DNA of 50,930 nucleotides, counting the filler, from Bipalium vagum (taxonomy: Eukaryota): NCBI GenBank assembly GCA_037834085.1. It is 3 parts of 3 records of this genome, joined end to end, with 100 filler letters (N's around TTAATTAATTAA, not from the genome) between each part and the next. Parts side by side here need not be neighbours in the genome. Positions count along the whole stretch, not along the records: positions 33,124 to 50,930 come from JBBMKC010049956.1; 2 more parts are not named here. One strand, given 5' to 3'. Below the pieces are notes generated by a model that was not told the DNA's origin, searched no databases, and saw nothing but the letters and a program-made list of their open reading frames with translations. Shown here piece after piece: positions 37,862-49,199 of this stretch; position 1 is the first letter of the stretch; every line of letters starts with the position of its first letter. Both the position numbers and the translations under genes were made by a program.

Positions 37862-39605
37862 TTAATTTTCTGAAATTCTACAGCTGTCACAGATTCCGCG
37901 TAAACTTTTCCAAAACGCCAACTTCCGGCAGTGATCCTCAGAAAAGCGCTCTCCGTGCCAGTCCGTTCCATCAATAACAATGAAGGACCTTGACTGTCTA
38001 TCATAACGAGGCAGACGGTCGAGATGTCTACGCGAAAATTAAATTTCATTTTATTTTATTTGTTTATTTAACATGAACGTCAACGTTCCAATCCTTGGCA
38101 ATAAAAGGTCAGAAATAAAAGTGCTTTATAAAATTATTTACTTACCCCTCATTTATAAATTTTCCAAAATGTGCCATGAATACCTTGGACGCCTCCTTCT
38201 CACCTTCCTCTGCAGTTATATAACTTTTAAAAGGGTTTCCAAAATAATAATAAAGCTCTGAAGCATGCATTGCCTCTTTTATTATGGGCAACTCATAGGA
38301 CGGTGCGATAGTCCGGTGCCACAAGTAATACACGTCTTTGATTGAATCACTGATTACATTCGCCATCTCCATAATATCATATACGAACATGTCATCTCCG
38401 ATGATCCTGTCGAGAACATTTAGGGTAAGGACTTCTTCAACGTTGTATTCTTTCTTGATTCGATCTATAATTGAGTCGGGACACTTGCTCGGGTAATGAG
38501 GATAATACTCCATTTTCTGATTTAAGTAGTCCATGTCAATCTGGATGTTACCCTCCTCTTTAATATTCTGAAAATTCATTTTTCTAAACATGTAACCTTC
38601 GTTTTCGGAATGTAGAAACATTGTAGGACACTTTTTGAATTGTGAATTTTCAAGCAAAATTTTTGGATGGTTCTTTATTAGATCTCCATCAACAAATGGA
38701 GTCCAACAAAGTTCAATGAAACCCTTCACCAGCTCAAAATCATGAAGAAACTCTCTAAAATTCAACTTTTGTAAGAAGTGAATGATTTCCGTCTTGTCCT
38801 TCTTTGGCATGTTGTGATCCCACCTTAAAGTGAAATGGAACTTTTCGAGTATCTTATTAACAGCGGTCATGCTACCTCTCATGATCTCCTCTTTCGAGTG
38901 TACACCCCAATTCGAAAGGCATACCCCACTGGCAGGGATAGCTTTGTTGAAATAAGGCCAACTTTGTTCAATTATCAAATGGAGGGAAACTGAACATCCT
39001 CCTGCGCTATTTCCGGAAATGGTTATATTTCCTGAATCCCCATTGAATACCGATATATTTTCATGAATCCATTTCAGGGCACAAACCTGATCCCACATTC
39101 CGAGATTTCCATTCATTTCTTCTTCATCCAAGCAAATAAACCCCAGCAACGCTAGCCGATAGTTGAGACTGACCACGACTATCTTCTCTTGACTTGCCAA
39201 TATTGCCCCATTGATCCAATCATAGCTGGAACTTCCGTACAAAAAGCCACCTCCATGAACATATGCCAGGACAGGTCTTTTCTCTTGTCCTCTCAAAATA
39301 TCCACAGGACACCAAACATTAAGATATAAGCAATCTTCATCTTGAATTCCCTTCGGGTGCCAGAGAGAGCCTTCTGGAATTACATATTTCAATTCTGATA
39401 GAAACGATTGAGGAGGATAAGTCTCAAAATCTGGTTTATTGATGATTTCATTCTTGAAGGTGTCACAAGGTTGAGGTTTCCTGAATCTTAATTCATTGAT
39501 GGGTGGCTTACAATAAGGTATGGCCAGGAACTCAATAACGTCGTTCTCCAAAACACTTTTCACCACACCCTGGACCAAGCCATTAGCTACTTTCAAGGTC
39601 TCCAT
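37862..39605 (-). CDS. type-B carboxylesterase, cholinesterase-like (541 aa, 2 exons)
   Basis: FLAIPYCKPP, EDCLYLNVW, HGGGF, LNYRL, GNSAG (Ser), SENEG (Glu), AMHASEL (His). Intron 38145-38028 (GG|gtaagt...cgtag|A) adds GHLDRLPRYDRQSRSFIVIDG...HCRKLAFWKSL, the expected P-x-Y and FW tail of the family. Confidence 0.93.
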
Positions 39606-39939
39606 TTTCTTAACTGATAATTATCTACGTTCATTTTTTCAAAGACCCTTTATAAATTAGCGTTCAAGGTGCAGAGACTGAACAAACTGCACACATCTAT
39701 AAAAACAATTTTCGCATCGAACCTAATTCGTTACATGCAACCACCAGACATAATAAATAAACCTTAGTTCTGTCTATTTACTTCATTTATTTTAAAAGTT
39801 CAAAGGTCAGTGAAAGGGATCTGTTTGATTTGACATAGTAACATTCTTATTGCATTAATATCCTTTGATTCTTTGTCACGTAAGATTATTTGACAAGAAA
39901 CTTAAAAGTGGACAATTATGTTATGTTTCCACTTTTATA

Positions 39940-40180
39940 AGCTTTCTGATTCTGTCCTTGAATGGTAATAAGTTTCGGATGTCTTCCTATTTGAGTGGCT
40001 TCTCATATTGAATATTAGATATTCCAGATCCCGGCTCCTCTTGCAATGATCCTCAGAACAAGATCATCAATGGCGACATCCTCATGGTTCTCTACACGAC
40101 CATCCATCAATAAAAATGCAGGATATTGACTTGTTGTTATGTCGAAATGTAAACTTATTTTGTTTGTTTATTTCGTTCGG
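39940..40180 (-). pseudogene. decayed last exon of a paralogous carboxylesterase
   Basis: RHNNKSISCIFIDG...SEDHCKR aligns to RYDRQSRSFIVIDG...SEDHCRK of the intact gene, with in-frame stops. The intronic AAATAAACAAA motif is shared. Confidence 0.7.
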
Positions 40181-42795
40181 CTCGCAGATATTCACATTCC
40201 ACCTACAATACCTCTGTGATGTATAAAATATCTCTGATAAATCAAAAATTTATTAAACCTTTAAAACTTTAAAATTGATAATTCCAGCTGTTGTGATTTA
40301 AACCGTCATATTCTGATGAGGGAAGTTAGTTGAGTACGACAATTTCATTTTAAGCATTTATTTTGAAATTCCATCCCATGGCATGGATCTTCCTATTTAA
40401 CCACCTGAAATCTTGGAGTCACAGGCTCATCACCATCATTATCATTCAGCAAGGTCGTATCTTTACAGAACATTCATTTTAACCGCTTGTCCTTTTACTC
40501 ATTTTGGGTGAAGTATTTTATAGTTGATTTTAAATATTTTTAATGAAACATGGTGTCTGAATTGAATTCGGTTTGGCCCGTTTTGTTTTACTGAGTTAAT
40601 TAAAAATATTATAAAGGTTAAATAAAATAAATTTTCAAAATAATTCAATTTCTTTTTTATTATATCAAGTTATTCTTGTCTAAATAGTTTATTAGCAAGT
40701 TAATTGATCCAAGTGGCTTATCAATCAAAACCCAGAGGAGATATAATACTAAGGCTCAGTCCTCCTCAGGGTCACAAGCATTGATTATTAAAAATTTTAT
40801 TCGGTTAGAACGTGAATAAAATTTATTTAATTTCAGAAATACAGTGCAACTTCTATTTTGGACCAATAATTTGTATTTATCATATTTCTCGATATTTTCA
40901 TATAAAAACTAAAATTCTTGGTCCGAAAATTTCAATAATTTGTTAAAAAAATCAATAATTTGTTTTAATAATATCTTGGTATATAACATTTTCAAAATTA
41001 AAACAATTTAATAATTATAATAAGTAAAAATGAATAATCAGAAATTAGAAAATAAAACTTACTAAAAATACATTAATATGAAAAAATATTAATATGTGGG
41101 AGGCTATATTTAGTAAGTTCTTTAATATAAGAACTTTTCTAAAAAAACAAAAAACCGCATATTATTTTATTAATGGAAAGTTTTATTTTCCACCAATCAA
41201 GAGATCAGGAATGTGAAAATCAGGAATATATAAGCTTTTGGTTTTCTCAAGTTAAGCTGGTAAAAGGTAATAAATACCCTTCGGCTATTTAAAACGTTCA
41301 TCGATATCTTTTGAGAGAATTCTAAATAATTAAATAATCATTAACGTATTCAGAGCAAATACTCTGCAATACGTTCTTTTTATTAAATCTTCTCAATTCT
41401 GTTTCTTCTTTTCTTGGCAATTCGGTCTAGGCGACAGAATACGCATTTTTAACACCAGGGCTTCTTCGGTTATCATAAAACCAATAAGACTTTAATTAAT
41501 TAATATTATAATTGTGATAAGAAAGATTTTTATTTGTTTTACAAAATATATTTTTGTAACAAAAAACGTGTCATCTTAGTTGATATAATTAGACTTAGTT
41601 CGTATCTTAGAACACCTATTTGTTACACTACCTTTGACGTAGTTGGTGTGCCCATTTATAACCTATATTAATAGTGTTAGCATTTTTATATTTTCGAGAT
41701 TATATCTCGCAGTAAGTGTCGAACCAAACCCTTACAAATAGATCCCTTATGGGAACGGATTATTATGGGAATAGGATGATAATGAATTTAATATGATTCT
41801 AAATTCTAAAGAACCAAAAAGAAATGATAAGATCAGAATGAACTTTTACAAATCGTTAAATAAAATTAAATTAACACATAAAAAGTGAAAAAAGAATAAA
41901 TTAAAAAAGTATTTCATATGAAAATTTTTTTTAATTTTGATAAATTTAATTAGGTAGGATTTTTGCATTAGAATTTTAAAAGATAACTTATTTTTTTAAA
42001 AATAACTCTAAAAATAACTCGATAATAATAAGTGTATGAGATCGAGGATAATATCAGAATACGGATGGAAAGACTATCAGATTAGAGTTCATCTGTTGGG
42101 AAAAAATACAATCTAAGTTTGTACAAACATCAACCACAGTCTTCTGGGATATATATCTTCTGGTGGATCTGAATGAAGTATAAGGAAACCCCGATAGCAC
42201 TGACTAGAAAAGAGGATTTCCATGAACTCAGGAATACCAGAAAGCCATCAGTTTTGAATAGAATTTTTACGAACTCCAACCTCATACTAAGCTTGGAATC
42301 ACTGGGTCATCAATATTGACCTTCCACATACAGGTCTTGAGTTCTGTCTCCAATCTGGAATCCAGTATATTTTCATAAAACAAATTTCAGTCATAAAAAA
42401 AGAAATTTTATTTAAGTTAATTAGTTAATAATATAAAGATAAACTCTAATTAAATTTACCTATCTTATTAAAAATCATTATTTAGAAATGTTTACTCAAG
42501 GCACTTTAAATATTTATTAAAGATTTATCAAAGATTCCTGACAAGAAAAATAATCTCAGGTAAAAAAATTTAAATTTTTATTAAACTTTAATTAATAACA
42601 GTTTTAGGAACGCTGGTGTCTTTGCATTATAAATATACGAATCAAAATAAGATAATATTATTGTCATATTTTTAATAACAGATTTAAGTTAATAAAAATT
42701 TATTTAAATATTTTATAAAAAATAAGTTCAAATAAATATTATTGTTCCTTTTTTATTCTCATTAAAAATCATTACTAAGAAAATTTGACGTTTAG

Positions 42796-45700
42796 GACTT
42801 TAAAATATATTAGGTCTTTATGTTTGTTTTAATAATATTGGTCAAACATTTACATGTTCAGTTTATCAATCATCGAGTCGTTAATGCATCAGAAGTCATT
42901 GTCAGACTTTGAAATTGACGATGTCATTTTTATCAGTGGTAATAATTACACAAGTTCCGTAGCTTGTCACCATTGTTCTCAGATCTGATCCAGAACAGCA
43001 ATTTTAATTGCTTAACGGAACTGGAATATGAAAAGCTGCGAATTTTTGTCATCATTATCAAGTCATATTGGATTTATTTCTGTCTCTGCTTCATAATATT
43101 TAATTGTGCAAGTTTGAAGATGTTTTGTGAAACTGAATCGATTACAAAATTAGAATATATTGGAAATGTAATCAATGAAGACATTGATTTTGTAATTGAA
43201 CAAATCAATGATATTAATCCAATGAATTTTGAAAACAATCAACTTAGAATAAGCGATAAAATATCGAATTTTAAAATCGAATTAATTAAAATCAAAGTAA
43301 ACTTTTTTTGTGATTTTTTTTCTTCAGTGAATTTATTCTGTCAGCAAGCTGTCATGGAGGGTGGGGAGGAGTCTTGGGAATATTACATAAATATTTTTAA
43401 GTGTGGCTTAGATGAGTTTACTAACGTTTCCAAAATAATGAACAAATCTTTATTGTTTCAGGTAAACTGTAATTTTTTTTATAAAATTAAATTTTAAATG
43501 AAAAGTTGTTAACTTTCTAAAAAATATTTGGTCAAATCAATTATTTTTGTTTTACTTTTCCACTTTTACATAATATTTAAAAATTATATTTCAAATTATT
43601 CAAAATGTATTTAAAGTTATTCAACAATATATTTAAAGTTTTGTAAAAAGAATACCAAATTTTAAAATCGAATTAAATATAAATGAAAGGAACGATTTGA
43701 AGTTATTTATTTAGTAAGGAAGTTGTCATGGGATGTGGCAATGAGTTTTAAGTTTATTACGCAACTGATTTTTAAAGTATGCTTTGAATGACCTTATTAA
43801 TTTATTGAATAACTTTATTTCACATCGTAAAAAGATTTTCATGTTTGGTTTTAAATATTTTCCACCTGTTGAATTTATTTATCTGATCTTTGCTTTGTAA
43901 TTTTCTCTATCATTGAGTTCTGGCAAATTTTGGGATAATATCGCTGTGGACAACAGATTATGTCGTCTATGAAAATCCAGTATATGGGATTATCAAGGGT
44001 AAGGAATTCAACTAAATTCCATCGTCAGGTTAGTGTTAATGTATAATCAGGTTAGGTCTTATTATTACTATTTCCAATGAGATTCAACCACAAGGTATTC
44101 CATAAAGGTAGACAAAGTCTCATTTGTAATTCATCCCAACTTTCCAGTCAGTCATCTGTAGGTTTTGGTCCCTCATTCGATATCCTATAGTGGATAATGT
44201 GTAGGAGACAATCACAGTTATCCATCCTCACCTTCCCCTTTGGTAAAAGTAAAATTCATAGATGGATACACGAAAAAGAAATATTCACACAGCTCCATGT
44301 AGTAACTACACATATTTGTTTATGATTCAATAGGCTTGTTCGAAGGTCCAACTGCTTTTTGGGGAACTGGTTCCAGATGTTGTAAAAGCCATGAACTTCC
44401 ATTCTATTGTAAAGATGAAAATTATGTATGGGAAATTTACAAACTACCTTTCACCAGCAGTTATAAAACTTATCGTGTATGTTTTTAAAAAAAAAGGAGC
44501 CACAGGAAAATTGAGGATAAAAGGTCTCCCAAAATAGGAGTTATATATTTTTCTCCATAAATAAACATATATAATCATTTTTATACACCCATACTTAGTA
44601 AAATTTTATCACCGGTGCAATTGCTTACCTGAAAGATTGGAATTTTAGTTTGAACTTTCAATTTAGCAATTAAGTCTTCATATTTCACCGGATTGGTACA
44701 GTTATTATCAACAGAGTACCTAATGTCATTATAAGGAACCTTGAAGTCTACTAAATTCTATTGTTTCTTCCCAGATATTCTTATCATAAAATCCAGTCGT
44801 AGTGAAGTCTCCAACTCCACTAGTGTCACATCAAAATCTATGCCTGTTCCCCATAGAGGACCAACACGTGGTTGGTGTATTTTACTCGAGTGTTGTGGAT
44901 GTAAAAGGCAACTGGGCCTGGTTTTTATCGATAGTCCTACATCACCTACAGATCTCACCCTTGTATTTTAAAATGTTAAATAATCTAATTCTGAATGCAA
45001 GACTATTTTTCTGGTTTTAATGATAAAATGGCATTGACCACTGGATGGAAATTATTGAATCATTTTGATTTTATTGAGTAATTTTAAATATATATTGTTG
45101 AATTACACTTTATATGCTTTGAATAGCTGTATGAATATATTTTGCGCATATAAACCTATGAATTTAAGTTTTAAAAAGCCGATTTTTAAAACATGTTCTG
45201 CTTCATGCAACATAAAAGAAAAAGATAAAAATATTTTGACTCATGATCCTTTCTAGTGTTTAGAGACATCTACAATATCTGAAGACAAAACCGCAATCGA
45301 TACATTTCGTAAATTGAAACTGTTGCTTGCCAATCAAGTACAATGCAAACAAGGTTTCGGAAATTTTTCTTAACATAAAAGGAATCTTAAAATTATATCC
45401 ACCAGATCTTGATGCGAGTCACGAGATTTTACTACAAACTAAATCGCTATCTAACATTATAAAGGTTTGAGCGTACTTATAGTAACAGGACTCATATTAC
45501 TCAATCTTCATTGTTTTCAGAGAAAAGCATCGGACAATGTCGACGGTCAAGAAAAAATCGAGATGATCCAAAAACATTTTGCTGATGATCGAGATATTTT
45601 AGCCGTTATGAAATGTTCGTTCCTAATTTGACCAATTAAAGTCTCCAATTCTATTGGTTGTTTAATGAACCAATGGAATCATTTCATCAAAAATTCATAA

Positions 45701-46763
45701 TAATATAAAGAATAATTTACTTTTTAAAAAACAAATTTCCTTCTCATTTTTTCTCATTAAAAATTATGAATTTTAATAGTTAAAAATATTAATGTGTTAC
45801 TAATGACAACGAGGTTGTTTTTATTGCTTTATTTCCTTTGTAGTAGATTTCGGCCTTTGCTCACAGTGCCGATTGATCAAGTAAATGTTTATTGATGTTT
45901 TTCTGAAGAGGTAAAGGTTATTCTCCTTATTTTATTAGCCAATCAGCGGAATCCAGAAAAAGCATTTCAAAGGAACAAAGTGATTTTTCTGTACGCTCTA
46001 TTGATTTTTTAAATTTTCGATTGTTGCACATTCCAAAGACCCTAAACCCAAGGACTCAGCGAAAAAAGCGGACAAATTCAATTTTGTTGACTGCAGCGAT
46101 GGTGATACGAGCTGTAAACGATATCCTGTGACGTCAAGTCCTATCGATTGCGTGGAATCAGCGGAATCTTTAAATGTGATTTGTCGAGGTGATGGTGTTC
46201 GTCCTGGTAATACTGATGGTTGTCGTGGTAACGGTTCCGGTCATAGTAATGGTAGCATCAGTCATGGTGACAAAACAAGCGCGTCTCCCTACCGAAAGCA
46301 GAATAAACGGTCGGCTGAAACCATACACACTAGATTTTCGATTAGACAACGAGATACTGCGGCTAGGTCAGCAGTCAATTCTGTTGCTGGCCAGTCAGAT
46401 TTGGTGGTGATCGCGTCTGATGTTTCCTCGGTGGTTTCTTCGGTCCATGATCAAACAGGTTGGTTTTCTTCAGATTAATTAACAACAAAATCCTGTTTTA
46501 CGGAACGTTCCTTTTTCTCATGAACCGTGTTTTATTATTAATCTTTTGTCAAAACTTCAGCCGGCAAGCATTTATGGACTTTCGATGAATCGTTTTTCGT
46601 GTTCAAAGGCGTTCAAGAAAATTTGACATGGATGAAAATCAAAGAAAAGTACTTCAAATCGTCTTACCGCAGCAATATCAACATCAAAGATCGTTGGCGT
46701 ACGCTTCAGAAACAACCGAAAATTCTCGAACAAATGCGGATGCAGTACAGTAGTGAAAAGTAG
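42796..46763 (+). CDS. TRF: telomeric repeat-binding factor (TERF1/TERF2-like): TRFH domain, linker, telobox Myb; N-terminus unresolved
   Basis: Phase-consistent exons 42796-42813, 42862-42938, 42983-43061, 43113-43296, 43345-43461, 45257-45353, 45406-45464, 45521-45614, 45844-45880, 45939-45979, 46039-46458 and 46561-46763 give about 474 aa. The last exon, WTFDESFFVFKGVQENLTWMKIKEKYFKSSYRSNINIKDRWRTLQK, is a telobox Myb. N-terminal ITKLE and LIKIKQAVMEGG resemble human TRF1 TRFH ITPLE and LIKIQAIAVCMENG (recalled from memory). Confidence 0.85.
44630..45060 (-). mobile_element. RLE-type non-LTR retrotransposon (R2/NeSL/Utopia-like) 3' coding relic inside the TRF intron
   Basis: ICR*CRTIDKNQAQ (degenerate CCHC knuckle), then TSLRLDFMI...NLVDFKVPY...VKYEDL (degenerate RPD..DVKVP..KY endonuclease). 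Confidence 0.65.
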
Positions 46764-48029
46764 CCAAAAACGGTCTGCTTCAAACTGGTAAGGACGAAAT
46801 GTACATATTATCAATACTTAATCTTTCGTGAGATTGTATTGATTTCTTCGGCAATAAAATTTTGGTGGTTTTTTGTAAACATTATATTATTACTTTATTA
46901 TATTTTTCTGTTACTATTATTACTATTTTATATTATATTTTTGATGTAATTATATTATATTACATATTATTGTTACATTAAATATGATTTTTTAACTTAA
47001 AGCTCAGAATATTACTGACTCCATCACTTGTTTTCATTAACGTGATCTTTTATTATGAATCAGTAATACTTATTATGAGAATGAATCAAAATAATCACAC
47101 AATGAATTTTACTAAATAAATCAAAGGAATCACAATAATACTTATCATAAGTCGATCAGAATAAATCACAAATCTTAATAATGTCTAGGTCAAACCAATG
47201 AGAAACTCTAAAATAAGAACACCAATGAATTATGTGGACAGAAAAATTTCAAATCAATATAAATATAGTAAGTTCTAAACAGTCAATTTTCTTATCGCCA
47301 AAAATGTTATTTAAGAAATTAAAGTTAAAATCTCAATCGGAACGATCAGGTTGTCCTCTAGACCTTGCATGGCATCTTATGAGTATCCCAACTTCCAACC
47401 CATTTAATATTCTGCTTCTTCAACGATATGTAATAGAGATATGACTGATCATTTTATTCTCTGGTGTTTCACAAATTGATTCTTCAAATATGCTTTAATT
47501 CAAAAAAAAAGAATTCTTTCCTGACTCTTCAGTTTTTTTCGAGAAAAATATAAAACAAGAAAACATCTGACTTATTCTCTAATCAACTTGACTTTAAAAG
47601 ATTTCATAAATACGTTTCGTTAATTACCCGATAAAAGATCAAAATACTATTTTGATAACTATGGCCCTAATTGCGGTCTGGCACAATCAGGATTTCTTGT
47701 TTCGGTTGTTTTTAGTATGTTTTTATTGAGTGTTCAATATTTAGGGTATCACATTTTATCTGACCCCGATTCTCAGGTGGTACAAAATTACAGCAATCAG
47801 TAAAGCAATAACTTTTATTTATATAACACCCGAATAACAAAAATAACAATCAATATAAGAATCACAAATGAATAACCATGTTCAGATTGTCCCAAATGTC
47901 ACAATAAAATATTAATCAAATAAATTCTATTGATTAAAATAAAGTAATAGTTAATCAAAATAATAATCCAATTAAAAGTTAATTAATTAAGGCAAACTAA
48001 AATAAAGTTAATAAATAGAACTAAAATTT

Positions 48030-48500
48030 AAAACAAAAAAACAAAAGCAATCTTATTATTCGTATTTGTTCTAAATTCAGGAACTATCAGCTGAGTCCGT
48101 ACGTTTGTTCTTATAAACAAAGCAAACCATACACATTTCTTTCCGTTACTGCATCCTCTTTTTATACTTTGATTAACATTTGATGTTTTTCCCAGGAAGA
48201 TACTAAGTCGAAGGTTATAATGTTGATCCATAGAAATTATATTTTAAAACATAAAACAAAAGCTAAATTTTAAATGACAAATTACAGCGATATATAAAAA
48301 ACAATTTCCAACACCAACTTGGCCATTTTTGAATTTTGCGTACCATTTCCTTGCAGTGGGTTTAGTAATGGCACTTTTTCCGTACACCATGCAAATCTCC
48401 CGAATAGCTCGGCAGCATTTTGACCTCGATGATAAGCAAAGAAAAGAAGATGTCGAAAATGTTCCTTTTATCCACCGGGTAATCATTTTTATAAATCTAA
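48030..48500 (-). mobile_element. mariner 5' relic
   Basis: RAIREICMVYGKSAITKPTARKWYAKFKNG is the mariner N-terminal HTH. Confidence 0.75.
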
Positions 48501-49199
48501 AAATAAGTCTACATTAACTATTTATAGATTATTTTCAAATAAATTTACTATTGACTGTCCATATTTTCTATAATGACTAAATATATTGTGGAGACTCCAA
48601 AATCAACTATCCTAAGGACAAAAATCCCAAAATCAAAATCAAAGCCAAAATAAAAATCTTTAATCCCAAGGACAAAAGACCCTAAGCGGTGAAAATAGTA
48701 CTTTATAAGATTCTTGATCCCATGACAATAATATTATGTAATAATACTTTTGTCTGGTATCTAATTAGTTATAAATGTATGATGATATCTAGGTATTTTA
48801 TAAATCTGATTCCTTAATTTATGTAAAAACCCTTCTTTTTTGTGCTGTATTTGGTTATTTTAAAATAAAAAGTTTCTTTGTAAAAATATATGCATAAACC
48901 TTAAAGAAAATTGTTTTGTAAATCTTCCTTGATTGAAACAATATGTAAATATAAATAAACTAATTAAAAGCATATAAATTATTAATTAGTAGATAATTAT
49001 TAAATAAAATAATAAATTGATTAAAAGTGAAAAAATTATCATTTTAAGAGTCGCATACTGGAAGAGTTTAAAATAAGGGCAACAAAATATTACTATAAAT
49101 TGTTGGATTTACCCAAGACATCCCCCGGGGAAAAATAAGTACTAAAATCATAAATAAGATATGAATACTACTACTACTAATAATAATATTAATAATTAA

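Noticed and set aside
37789-38049. 86-aa minus-strand ORF
   Set aside because: It is the wrong frame of the esterase's last exon.
38051-38093. Alternative short last exon for the esterase (52-nt intron, GIGTLTFMLNKQIK*)
   Set aside because: The acceptor at 38028 restores the conserved family C-terminus and is mirrored in the paralog relic.
40313-40360. CTGATGAG, resembling a hammerhead ribozyme core
   Set aside because: No stem II followed by GAAA, and no stem III/NUH at a suitable distance.
46189-46410. Hydrophobic Val/Met-rich ORF resembling a signal peptide
   Set aside because: It is an alternative frame of the GGT/GAT-rich TRF linker exon.
46572-46814. 80-aa minus-strand ORF
   Set aside because: It is the antisense shadow of the telobox Myb exon.
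46971-47828. TGTTACA...TATAACA as a solo LTR
   Set aside because: No target-site duplication and no second copy.
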